From: Polyangiaceae bacterium
GTDB taxonomy: Bacteria; Myxococcota_A; Polyangia; Polyangiales; Polyangiaceae
NCBI GenBank assembly: GCA_033763455.1
Contig: JANRKO010000092.1
Span: forward strand, 64,001 to 128,000
Reading direction: 5' to 3'
Length of the DNA stretch: 64,000 bases
The stretch's first letter is position 1. Each line of letters opens with the position of its first letter. Below are positions 37,720 to 46,697 of the stretch, piece by piece. The notes beneath the pieces are model-generated. The model made no database searches. It was not told the origin of the DNA and saw only the letters and a program-made list of their open reading frames with translations. The position numbers and the translations under genes were made by a program.

Positions 37720-37854
37720 ACATCTATCCTAGGCTGTGGTGCACGAACCGGCAAGCACGAGCGGGGGAGACTCTGACTTCGAGAAAAGGCGGATATCATT
37801 CGGTTTATTTATAGTTCATTGAATATGTGCGCGATGATGTATACGGTGGGTATA

Positions 37855-40800
37855 GTGAAAAATTCATTCGATCTGAAGTCATCTCGCACCCGCCTTTCAT
37901 TAACCCAGGCGGCGCTCGCCGACCGTCTAGGGCGTGCAACAAACACGATCGCTCGCTGGGAGCGGGGGGAACTTGCGGTGCCGGAAGACGTTCGGCGCGT
38001 CGTCGAAGCGTTAATTTCAGGACCGGCTGCAAGGCTTCCCGTCCCCGACGTTGTCACGCTCGACACGTTTCATTCAGATATTGTTGCTGCTCTGCATGAG
38101 CACGTTGACCCCGCTGTGTTCGAGGAGTGCGCAGCTAACCTACTGAGAGAGCAATGGCCTAAACTTGTCCCCGTTCCGGGCGGAAGCGATGACGGGTTCG
38201 ACGGAGCTGTCGCCGGGGATGAAGGCACGAGGCCATGGCCCTTAATTGTCACGACGGATCGAAAGCCGGAGCGCAATCTGAGCCGTAGCCTCAAGCAGGC
38301 GATTACCAAGGGGCACAACCCTAAGGTCGCAATTTTTGCAACATCGCGAGCGCTGACGCCTGGCCAGCGGCGCAAACTTAACGACGCTGCTACGGCGTGT
38401 GGGGTAGTGCTTCAGCAGATCTATGACCGTTCCTGGTTCGCGGCCGCTCTGTACCGACATCCAGAGTGGTGCAATAAGCTGCTCGGCCTTACAGGAACCC
38501 CAGATCCTCTGTCTAGATTGCCGCTCTTGCTTAGGCTGGGGGGCACACATGAGATGCTCGGGCGATCATCCGAGCTCGCTAAAGCGCGCGAAACCGAGTC
38601 CGACGTGATCCTCTTAGGCGGTCCGGGGTCAGGGAAGACCATGCTGCTCCTACGGCTTGCTGATGACGGCTACTTTTTGTCGGACGGTGACCGAAATGCG
38701 GTGACGAATTCGATTCGTCGCCACTCGCCGAGGGTCGTGATTGTGGACGACGCGCACGATAACTTCACGCAGTTCGGTTTGTTGGTGAAGCTACGCAGGC
38801 AGCTAGGTGCTAAGTTTCGGATTGTCGTAAGCGCGTGGCCGCCCTACCTCGAAGATCTCCGTGAACATCTACCTAATGCCGAGGTTGTGAGTCTAGGCGA
38901 GCTCGACGCTGACGTAGTCGCAGATATCGTTCGTTCCATAGTGCCGAATCTTCCAAACCAAGCCATCAAAGTAATCGTGCGGCAAGCTGATGGTCGCCCT
39001 GGCCTCGCAGCTACTCTGGCACATATGTGCATTGATGGACGCTACCGAGATGTAATGACTGGCGATGCTGTTTATGAGCGCTTGGGCAGCTACGTGGCGA
39101 AGGACCGAGAGTTGTTGGGTTGCTTTGCGGTGGCAGGTGACGCTGGCCTCCAGCTGGAGGATGCCGCAACGTTCCTTGGCCGACCGAAGGATGACGTGCA
39201 ACGGGCGTTGACGCGCCTAGCTGCTGGTGGCGTCATTCGCGTCAGCGGCAGCAGACACTTTTCAGTCTGGCCGGAGCAATTGCGGTACGTCCTCGTTCGG
39301 GAAGTCTTTTTTCACGAGCGCAATGGGCTCGACTATGAACAGTTGGTTGCAAAGGTTTTCAATCGAAGTGCATGGCTTCGTGTGCTCATTGGGGCAACCC
39401 GTTCAGGAGCGCAGGTGCCGCGTCTCCAGGATAGGTTGGAGGAAGTGAACCAAGTGCAGCTCTGGTGCGAATACGCTTCCCTAGATCCGCAAGCCGCGAG
39501 CTACGTTCTCGACAAGCATCCAGAAATGCTCGTGGAAGCGGCGCCAGAGCTCTTGTGGCACGTGCCGGATCGCGCACTTTCGAAGCTGCTCGACGCGGCC
39601 GCTCGGGGAGGGGCGCCTAGTGGTCGTGACGCTCCTGCGCTGACGGCGTTGCGAACGTGGCTGAGAGATTCCTCAATGGACGAGAGAGTTGTCATTGCGA
39701 GGAGTCAGGAGGCCGCAAAGCAGGTTCTGAAGTGGATCAAGCGAAATGAGAACCATGCCGGAGCAATCGTCTTCTGTATCGCGATGAGTCCGATTTTGCA
39801 GGTGACAGAGAGTGATCCGGGCCGAGGTATGACGTTGACCTATCGCCGTGGTGCTGTGGGTGATTGGGGTATTGGGCAACTCACAGCGCTTTGGGATGCA
39901 GCACTACCGGACCTAATGCGCGCTCGTTCGCTGCCATGGGGTCACCTCTTGGACCTAGTAAATGAGTGGGCTCGCCCTGACGGCGGGATCCCCATAACTG
40001 CCGAGGCGAGGCGCATGATGCGCGACCTTGCCTGCAAAATGGTGCGTGACGTCGTCCCGCTCGCGAAGGCTCATCCAGGTGCGCAGCGAAGGCTGGCGGA
40101 AGTCGCTCGGACATTGGAGATCTCGGGGGAGGTGGACTTCCCCGACGTGGGGGCCGACGTGGGCGCGCTTTTTCCGCGCTTGGACAGGCACTCGGTCGAC
40201 GACTTAGAGGCCGTCATGAAGAGTCATGTAAAGAGGGTTCGGGAATGGGCGCGGGTCCGCATCGATGTAAAAGACGTTGGCGAGCTGGTCCGATCCGTGC
40301 TTTCGCTCCAACAGCAACTGAACGAAGCGAAAGCTCGATCCGACAACTACGTGTGGGCGGCCTTCGACGAGTTTGCCCGGGGTACGTCAACGCCTACGGA
40401 GTGGGTCGATGCTTTAGTTGCAGAGCGTGCGGACCCCGCTCTGGTATGGCCCTTCGTACGACGGATCATAGACGAGGGCAGCGAGCTTGCGACGCTATTG
40501 GGGCTTCTGAAGGAGGACCGCTATACGGGATTACTTGCCGAAGGCGCCGTCATGTCAAAGAGTGCCCACGCCGAGGTCGTCGAATGGGTTGATTGCAAGG
40601 CCGCTGACTACGTTGAACAAATCTCCTGTCAAATCCGGGTGGGCAATGTTGGCGATGATCGAGTGCTCGCATTTCTCCATCACCGCGACCCACGCGTTCG
40701 CGCTGCAATTGCGGTGGCATATTATGTCCGGGAGAAGAATCCTTCCGACGAGCTCGGGAGTGCTTGGCGCAATGCGATAATCGACACGGCTCGGGTCCCC

Positions 40801-41412
40801 GAACTACCGAGTCAGTACGAGTACTGGTTAAAACAGATTCTGACGCAGAACGTTGAGCTCGGTTCAGAATGGCTAAAGGCTCTCCTTGAGATCGAGAACG
40901 ATGATCTTTCCTTTCACGATATCGGTCTCGAAGTCGCTGACAGGCTCGCGTTCGCGGCAAAGGCGGATATTCTTCACTCGGCAAAGTTTGGCGTGCATCA
41001 GGCTGAGTTTCTCACGCATCTGGTGGGCGGAGATCCGAAGCTCTATGAAATGCTCCTGGAGCGTCGAGATCTCGCGGAGTATCACCTTGAGCCGCTCGCT
41101 TGCCGCTCGCGACTCGTGGACTCATTCTCCGGACCGATGAACCCGCGGAGGGGGTGGGCGGAGTTGTCAGCAATGGCGTTGGAACGAGGCTTCTCCGAGG
41201 ATGAAGTGTTTAGAGCGATCCTGCCACGGTCGTGGGGCTTCACGGGCAGCGAAGTCCCTCTATGGCAGGGCTGGCGCGATGATTTTGAAAAATTTGAATC
41301 CCATTCCGAGCCAGCGGTGCGCCGAGTCGCCTCCCGTGGGAAGAGCGAGATGGATCGACGTCTTGCCGCAGCTCGGGAGCGTGAACGGATGGACGCCGTC
41401 CGCGGGGTCTGA
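37855..41412 (+). CDS. XRE-HTH + Mrr-like nuclease fold + P-loop NTPase (STAND-like) + long helical domain; putative defence protein (start uncertain, 37819-37855)
   Basis: LTQAALADRLG..NTIARWERGE; FEECAANLL..VPGGSDDGFDG; GGPGSGKT; VVIVDDAHD; ADGRPGLA; ~700-aa helical C-terminus. Confidence 0.8.
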   Translation: MKNSFDLKSSRTRLSLTQAALADRLGRATNTIARWERGELAVPEDVRRVVEALISGPAARLPVPDVVTLDTFHSDIVAALHEHVDPAVFEECAANLLREQWPKLVPVPGGSDDGFDGAVAGDEGTRPWPLIVTTDRKPERNLSRSLKQAITKGHNPKVAIFATSRALTPGQRRKLNDAATACGVVLQQIYDRSWFAAALYRHPEWCNKLLGLTGTPDPLSRLPLLLRLGGTHEMLGRSSELAKARETESDVILLGGPGSGKTMLLLRLADDGYFLSDGDRNAVTNSIRRHSPRVVIVDDAHDNFTQFGLLVKLRRQLGAKFRIVVSAWPPYLEDLREHLPNAEVVSLGELDADVVADIVRSIVPNLPNQAIKVIVRQADGRPGLAATLAHMCIDGRYRDVMTGDAVYERLGSYVAKDRELLGCFAVAGDAGLQLEDAATFLGRPKDDVQRALTRLAAGGVIRVSGSRHFSVWPEQLRYVLVREVFFHERNGLDYEQLVAKVFNRSAWLRVLIGATRSGAQVPRLQDRLEEVNQVQLWCEYASLDPQAASYVLDKHPEMLVEAAPELLWHVPDRALSKLLDAAARGGAPSGRDAPALTALRTWLRDSSMDERVVIARSQEAAKQVLKWIKRNENHAGAIVFCIAMSPILQVTESDPGRGMTLTYRRGAVGDWGIGQLTALWDAALPDLMRARSLPWGHLLDLVNEWARPDGGIPITAEARRMMRDLACKMVRDVVPLAKAHPGAQRRLAEVARTLEISGEVDFPDVGADVGALFPRLDRHSVDDLEAVMKSHVKRVREWARVRIDVKDVGELVRSVLSLQQQLNEAKARSDNYVWAAFDEFARGTSTPTEWVDALVAERADPALVWPFVRRIIDEGSELATLLGLLKEDRYTGLLAEGAVMSKSAHAEVVEWVDCKAADYVEQISCQIRVGNVGDDRVLAFLHHRDPRVRAAIAVAYYVREKNPSDELGSAWRNAIIDTARVPELPSQYEYWLKQILTQNVELGSEWLKALLEIENDDLSFHDIGLEVADRLAFAAKADILHSAKFGVHQAEFLTHLVGGDPKLYEMLLERRDLAEYHLEPLACRSRLVDSFSGPMNPRRGWAELSAMALERGFSEDEVFRAILPRSWGFTGSEVPLWQGWRDDFEKFESHSEPAVRRVASRGKSEMDRRLAAARERERMDAVRGV

Positions 41413-41620
41413 GGGAACGCGGCCGCTCAAGAGAAGGCGCCGCCAACTGCCACTTAATCCCCCAGGGATCGCGTCCCAAAGGAGGCCCGTTTTGGAAGGC
41501 GCAAAAAACCCTGAAGCCGTTGATTCGCCTCGGACCCTCCACAGGCACAGAGCTAGAAAAGCACCCCGTGTCCGTAATCCTCCTAGCTTTTCCGTGCCGC
41601 CTCCGGCAAGGAACCCCATC

Positions 41621-43231
41621 GTGGCAGAGTTGCTGAACACAGGGTGGCCTGAACGTCGCGTGCTCAGCGACGAAAACGGCTTGCTAGTGGTGGATAAGCC
41701 CGCCGGAATTCCCGTGCATGGCGGCGACGAAGGCTTGAAAGACGACGTGGTTTCGCGCTTGGCGGGGTGGTTCCGCGCGCACGGTGAATCAGAATATTTG
41801 GGCGTGCATCAGCGGCTTGATAAAGAGACCTCGGGGGTCCTCGTTTTTACGCGCAGCGAGCACAGAAATCGCGATGTGGCCGAGGCGTTCGAGTCTCATA
41901 CGGTGCAGAAGAAGTACGTCGCGCTCGCGTCGTTGGCCGGCGTGAAAGCTGGGCAACTCAAGCGTTTGGAGGGCACCTGGGAGGATAGATTGAGCAAACC
42001 GGAGAAGGGGCGAGTGAGCGTGGCGCGAACGGGAGGGCTTGAAGCCGTTACCCGGTGCCGAGTGCTCGAACAGTGTGGCCAGCGCGTCCTCATGGAGCTC
42101 TCTCCCGTCACCGGCCGCACCCATCAGTTGCGTGTGCAAGCGAGCGCACGAGGCATTCCCATTGTGGGGGATAGCATTTACGGAGGGGAGCCCGCCTTGC
42201 GTTTGATGCTGCACGCTCACGAGCTCAAGCTGCCGAAGCAAAAGGCTTGGGTGGCGCCTATTCCGGGGGTGTTCCGCGATTGGTTGTACCAGCGGCCTTT
42301 TGATTTTGAAACCGAGGAGCTGAAGGGGCGCCTTCTGGATTCGTTTTTTCAGCGCGAGCCGCTTTCCGCCGAGAGCAACACGTATCGGCTAGTGAATGAT
42401 CTGGGCGATCAATTGCCAGGCGTATGTATCGATAAATTTGGGGATTCCGCCGTGGTTTCCCTGTTTGATGAGCGCGCCTCGGCAGCCGGTGAAAAGCTGA
42501 GTGGGCTCTTGTTGGACATGGGATTTTCGCGCGTGCGTGTGGAGCATCGGGAGCGCGCCGTCACCAAAGTTCTCTCTGCACCAGCAGTGTTCACGGTGCA
42601 GGAGCATGGCGCCAACTTTGAGGTGCGGTTTGACGACGACTCATCCGTTGGGCTGTTTCTCGATCAACGCGAAAATCGCCAACGCCTGCGGGCATTGTCG
42701 AAGGGGCTCCGGGTGCTCAACTTGTTTTGCTACACGGGGTCCTTCAGCGTTGCGGCGGCGCTCGGTGGAGCGCGCCAAGTGGTGAGCGTCGATCTGTCGG
42801 GTAGGTACCTTGAATGGGCGAAGCGCAACTTCGAGCTCAATGGTCTTACGGTTGATAGGCACGAGTTCATTCAAGCGGATGCTACGGTGTGGCTTGAACA
42901 GGCAGCTCGGCAGAAGAGGGTCTTCGATTTCATCGTGCTGGATCCTCCGAGCTTCTCAAGTGTGGGCAAACGGAAGACCTTCAGTGTTGCTCGGGATTAC
43001 GCCGAGACGGCCTCCCAATGCCTCCGCCTATTGGCCCCAGGAGGCCAGCTTTTGGCCGTCACTAATCACCGAAAAACACCGCTACCTAAGCTCAGATCCG
43101 AGCTTCGAAAGGCCGCGGCGAGCGCGGGGCGCACCGTGCTTCAGCTTAAGGATATCCGCTCGGGTCGCGATTGCCCCGACTTGCTGAACGAGCCTCATCC
43201 GAGCAAAAGTGTGCTCGTGCGCGTAAAGTGA
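41621..43231 (+). CDS. RluA-family pseudouridine synthase fused to an RlmK/RlmI-like SAM-dependent methyltransferase
   Basis: VVDKPAG, HQRLDKETSG, TGRTHQLRV, PIVGD.IYG, LHA; then GLFLDQRENR, VLNLFCYTGSFS, SVDLS, LDPPSF. Confidence 0.9.
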   Translation: MAELLNTGWPERRVLSDENGLLVVDKPAGIPVHGGDEGLKDDVVSRLAGWFRAHGESEYLGVHQRLDKETSGVLVFTRSEHRNRDVAEAFESHTVQKKYVALASLAGVKAGQLKRLEGTWEDRLSKPEKGRVSVARTGGLEAVTRCRVLEQCGQRVLMELSPVTGRTHQLRVQASARGIPIVGDSIYGGEPALRLMLHAHELKLPKQKAWVAPIPGVFRDWLYQRPFDFETEELKGRLLDSFFQREPLSAESNTYRLVNDLGDQLPGVCIDKFGDSAVVSLFDERASAAGEKLSGLLLDMGFSRVRVEHRERAVTKVLSAPAVFTVQEHGANFEVRFDDDSSVGLFLDQRENRQRLRALSKGLRVLNLFCYTGSFSVAAALGGARQVVSVDLSGRYLEWAKRNFELNGLTVDRHEFIQADATVWLEQAARQKRVFDFIVLDPPSFSSVGKRKTFSVARDYAETASQCLRLLAPGGQLLAVTNHRKTPLPKLRSELRKAAASAGRTVLQLKDIRSGRDCPDLLNEPHPSKSVLVRVK

Positions 43232-43258
43232 GCGTGAAGCCAGCTTGAAGCAAAAGCG

Positions 43259-43849
43259 ATGACCAAGAATCCCTACAACCGCGTCGACCCCCGCACGCTC
43301 GCCGCGCGTGCTCAAGGTTACCCGGCGCGCAGCATCTTCAAGCTCGAAGAAATTGATCGTCGCGTGAAGCTCTTCAAGGGTGGCCAACGTGTGTTGGATC
43401 TCGGGGCAGCCCCCGGTTCGTGGACGCTGTATGCAGCGAAGAGGGTGGGGTCGAGCGGCCGCGTAGTTGCGATTGATCTCAAGCCCATCGAGGAAGCCAT
43501 GCCGCCGTGGGTTACCAGCAGCGTGGGCGATATTTTTCAGGTGCCGTCCGAGTCTGTGGCTGGCGCGGGGCCTTACGATGTTGTGATGAGCGATATGGCG
43601 CCCAACACGAGTGGCTCCAAAGTTCACGATCAAACGGTGAGCTTTGAACTCGTGATGCGGGCTCTTGAATTCGCTGCTCACGTGGGTAAGTCCGGCTCGC
43701 ACTTTGTAGCGAAGCTCTTCATGAGCAATCAGTTCACCGAGGCTAAGTCCGCGATACAGAAGCAGTATTCGGACATGACCACGATTCGCCCTCAGGGAAC
43801 CAGGAAGCCTAGCTCGGAAGTATTCTTGGTGGGGTTAAGGAAGCGGTAG
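43259..43849 (+). CDS. rlmE: 23S rRNA Um2552 2'-O-methyltransferase
   Basis: YPARSIFKLEE, LDLGAAPGSW, SDMAPN, AKLF, SSEVF (K-D-K-E tetrad). Confidence 0.93.
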   Translation: MTKNPYNRVDPRTLAARAQGYPARSIFKLEEIDRRVKLFKGGQRVLDLGAAPGSWTLYAAKRVGSSGRVVAIDLKPIEEAMPPWVTSSVGDIFQVPSESVAGAGPYDVVMSDMAPNTSGSKVHDQTVSFELVMRALEFAAHVGKSGSHFVAKLFMSNQFTEAKSAIQKQYSDMTTIRPQGTRKPSSEVFLVGLRKR

Positions 43850-43915
43850 GGCTTGCCACCACACGCCCTGGCAACTATCCCAAAGCCTCCACCTACCAAC
43901 GAGGATCACACCACT

Positions 43916-44338
43916 ATGGCTATCTCAAAAGCACATGCAACTTGGAACGGAACACTCAAAGAGGGCAACGGCACCATGAAGGGGGATAACGGCTTTTTCG
44001 ATGCCCCGTTCACGTTCGCTTCACGCTTCGAGGGCGCGAAGAAAGGTACCACGCCTGAGGAGCTGATCGGCGCGGCTCAAGCCGGTTGCTTTTCGATGTT
44101 TTTGGCAGCGCAGCTCACCAATGCCGGCAAGCCTCCAACGAGCATTCAAACCACCGCTACCGTACATCTGGGAGATGGCCCCACCGTCACCAAGATCGAA
44201 CTTGAAACGGTAGCCGTTGTTCCGGGTGCTGACCAGGCATTGTTTGATGAGAAGGTTGCGTTCTCAAAGGCGAATTGCCCGATCTCGAAGGCGCTCGCCG
44301 CAGTGCAAACGCTGACCGTCAACGCAAAGCTCGGTTGA
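43916..44338 (+). CDS. osmC: OsmC family peroxiredoxin
   Basis: A.WNG.LKEG.G, F.SRFEG, PEELIGAA.AGCFSM, NCPISKAL. Confidence 0.93.
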   Translation: MAISKAHATWNGTLKEGNGTMKGDNGFFDAPFTFASRFEGAKKGTTPEELIGAAQAGCFSMFLAAQLTNAGKPPTSIQTTATVHLGDGPTVTKIELETVAVVPGADQALFDEKVAFSKANCPISKALAAVQTLTVNAKLG

Positions 44339-44391
44339 TATCCCCGGAGCGCGGCCCGCTCATTCTAAGATGAACGGTCTAGATTTGGGTG

Positions 44392-44471
44392 AGCCCCCTC
44401 TCGTCCGGGCTACGCCGCGGCCGATCTCCCCCTGATGCGTGCGCGCTTTGCGCGCGCCGCATGGGGGAGTT
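44392..44471 (+). repeat. REP-like palindromic element, copy 2 (between convergent osmC and asd)
   Basis: AGCCCCCTCTCG..CTCCCCC-[hairpin]-GGGGGAG. Confidence 0.55.
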
Positions 44472-44517
44472 AACTTGAAACCCGGGTTTGCACGCCAAGG
44501 CGTAGCCGGGCTGGATT

Positions 44518-45525
44518 TTAAAGCAGCTCGGCGATTTGCACAGCGTTGAGCGCCGCACCTTTCAGCAGCTGATCGCCCGCGACGAGCAGCATGAAGGATT
44601 TCCCGCTCGGGTCGCTGGTGTCCAGACGCAGCCGGCCAACTAGGATATCGTCCTTGCCGCTCGCGTCTTTGGGCATCGGGAAATAGTTCTTTTGGCGGTC
44701 GTCAACCACGCGTACGCCGGGTGCCTTTTCAAGCAGAGCTCTGAGCTCTGAGAGCACCACAGGGCGTTCGCACTGTACGGTCAGCGCTTCCGTGTGCGCG
44801 CGCAATACGGGCACTCGTACGCAGGTGGCCGCGATGTGGATGTTCGGATCACCGAAAATCTTGTGAGTTTCGTTGACCATCTTGAGCTCTTCCTCGTTGT
44901 AGCCGGATCCCTGATCGAGCGAGGAGTTATGGCTGAAGAGGTTGAAGGCGTACGGGTGCGGCAACACTTTGAGCTCGTAGCTGCGGCCTTCAAGGTGTGC
45001 GCGTGTGGATTCCTCAAGCTCCTCCATGGCAGCAGCGCCGGCTCCCGAGGCGGCCTGGTACGTGGAAGCCTGCAAGCGCTTGATGGGATTCACCTTGTGG
45101 ATGGGCCAAAGCGGCGTGATGCCGATGATGGTGGAGCAGTTAGGGTTGGCGATGATCCCTTTGTGCCGCTTCACAGCTTCCGGATTGATCTCCGGAACCA
45201 CGAGCGGTACCTCCGGGTCCATCCGAAAAGCCGATGAATTATCGACCACGATGGCGCCCGCTTGAACGGCCGCTTTGGCGAACTTCTTGGAAATGCTGCC
45301 GCCAGCGGCGAAGAGAGCAATGTCCACGCCGGCAAAGCTATCAAGCGTGAGCTCTTCCACGGTTACATCTTGACCGAACGCTTTGACCACCTTGCCCTTG
45401 GAGCGAGCAGAAGCTAGCAACACCAGCTTCTTAACTGGAAACTTGCGGCGCTCTAGGCACCCAATAAGCTCGACTCCAACGGCGCCGGTGGCGCCCACAA
45501 TTGCGACTGTTTTCGGCTGGTTCAT
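44518..45525 (-). CDS. asd: Aspartate-semialdehyde dehydrogenase
   Basis: VGATGAVG, DNSSAFR, ANPNCST, YQAASGAG, CVRVPV..H, KGAALNAVQIAE. Confidence 0.97.
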   Translation of the reverse strand: MNQPKTVAIVGATGAVGVELIGCLERRKFPVKKLVLLASARSKGKVVKAFGQDVTVEELTLDSFAGVDIALFAAGGSISKKFAKAAVQAGAIVVDNSSAFRMDPEVPLVVPEINPEAVKRHKGIIANPNCSTIIGITPLWPIHKVNPIKRLQASTYQAASGAGAAAMEELEESTRAHLEGRSYELKVLPHPYAFNLFSHNSSLDQGSGYNEEELKMVNETHKIFGDPNIHIAATCVRVPVLRAHTEALTVQCERPVVLSELRALLEKAPGVRVVDDRQKNYFPMPKDASGKDDILVGRLRLDTSDPSGKSFMLLVAGDQLLKGAALNAVQIAELL

Positions 45526-45890
45526 GAGGGGCGGGACCCTAGCCGAACGTTCGCGCCATTTCCACGGGGTCCCCGAGCTCGGGCCTCGTTAAGTTCGGGT
45601 CAGTGTTTTGGCGGCAATGCTGCAACTTGCTCAAGCCGGACTCGCAGCAGTTCCGTGTCAACGAGGATACTTGTCATGCTAAGTACCACTCGCTCCAAGA
45701 AACAGGGCGCAGCTTTGGCCCATGGGATCCGTGCTTCCAGGTCCGAGGCCGCTAAAAGTCTCGGCGTGTCGGGTCCCGCCCATGGCGGCCGCTTCGGGCG
45801 ACATCGGGGCGGGGCAAGCTGCTACGAGCGCATTCTACGGCCGCGCGCGTTTCCTAAATTGCAGCTTGGAACCGACCGAGGGGCGCGAGC

Positions 45891-46697
45891 TTAGGGGGGG
45901 AAACTACGGGCATTACGTCTCGTTCGTGAGCTCCAGTTATCGCTACTTTTACGCTCCCGAATATCACGGTGAACGGATCGGCGTGCGCCGTGCTCGGAGT
46001 GCGCGTTAACGAGCGGTGGTGGGTGGGGAGCCATTGTTCCGAACAAGAGATCGCCCAACGGGATTGTCACGTTGAAGTTGTACTTTTGCATACATCTGGG
46101 ATCGTGGTGGCGTGCGTGGTGTTCCCTCAGGGTGTGGAGCACCCGGCTGCGGTACGGCGCGGAGTGCTCCGGGAAATGATAAAGCAAGTGACTGAGCTCG
46201 TAGCCGACCACATACACAGCTGTCGTCATGAGCAACAGCCAGCCAACATTGGGCACCAACAGCCAGCCCGCTAATAGCGCCGCGGGCACCGAGAGGGTGA
46301 CGATCCCCAACACCCCAGCTGCCGGAATGAGCACTAGCCGCAGCTCCAAGGCACTGCGGATCGCCATCGAATCGGCTCGAAATACGCGGTGATGCTCTGG
46401 GGTGTGTCGATCATACAGGACTGCCAGCACGCGCCGGCGGCGATGCATGATGTTCTTGTGGATGAACCACTCCGCAAGATTCAAGATGACAAAAACGATG
46501 GGGACCGTCAAAAGCTCCAGGGGAGCGAGCCTTCGTAAGCCCCAGATGCCCAAAAATAGATAGACGACACCCACGCCGACACTTCCTGCAAGGTGTCCCC
46601 ACGGCGAATACCACTTCGGAACTGCCGCCAACATAACGTCGCGAAATTCTTTTCTCACGGGGTGCGGCACTTGGGACGAAGACGGCTCTTGAGCCAT
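45891..46697 (-). CDS. Fatty acid hydroxylase / sterol desaturase family protein
   Basis: His boxes HKNIMH, HTPEHH, HLLYH, HHARHH; NFNV..D.LFGT; TM helices. Confidence 0.85.
   Translation of the reverse strand: MAQEPSSSQVPHPVRKEFRDVMLAAVPKWYSPWGHLAGSVGVGVVYLFLGIWGLRRLAPLELLTVPIVFVILNLAEWFIHKNIMHRRRRVLAVLYDRHTPEHHRVFRADSMAIRSALELRLVLIPAAGVLGIVTLSVPAALLAGWLLVPNVGWLLLMTTAVYVVGYELSHLLYHFPEHSAPYRSRVLHTLREHHARHHDPRCMQKYNFNVTIPLGDLLFGTMAPHPPPLVNAHSEHGARRSVHRDIRERKSSDNWSSRTRRNARSFPP

Noticed and set aside
34723..37720. Integron cassette array
   Set aside because: No attC-like structures between genes (several overlap by 4 bp) and no integron integrase
45655..45894. 79-aa ORF containing the TACTTGTCATGCTAAGTA palindrome
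   Set aside because: No RBS or recognisable motif and atypical composition; treated as non-coding
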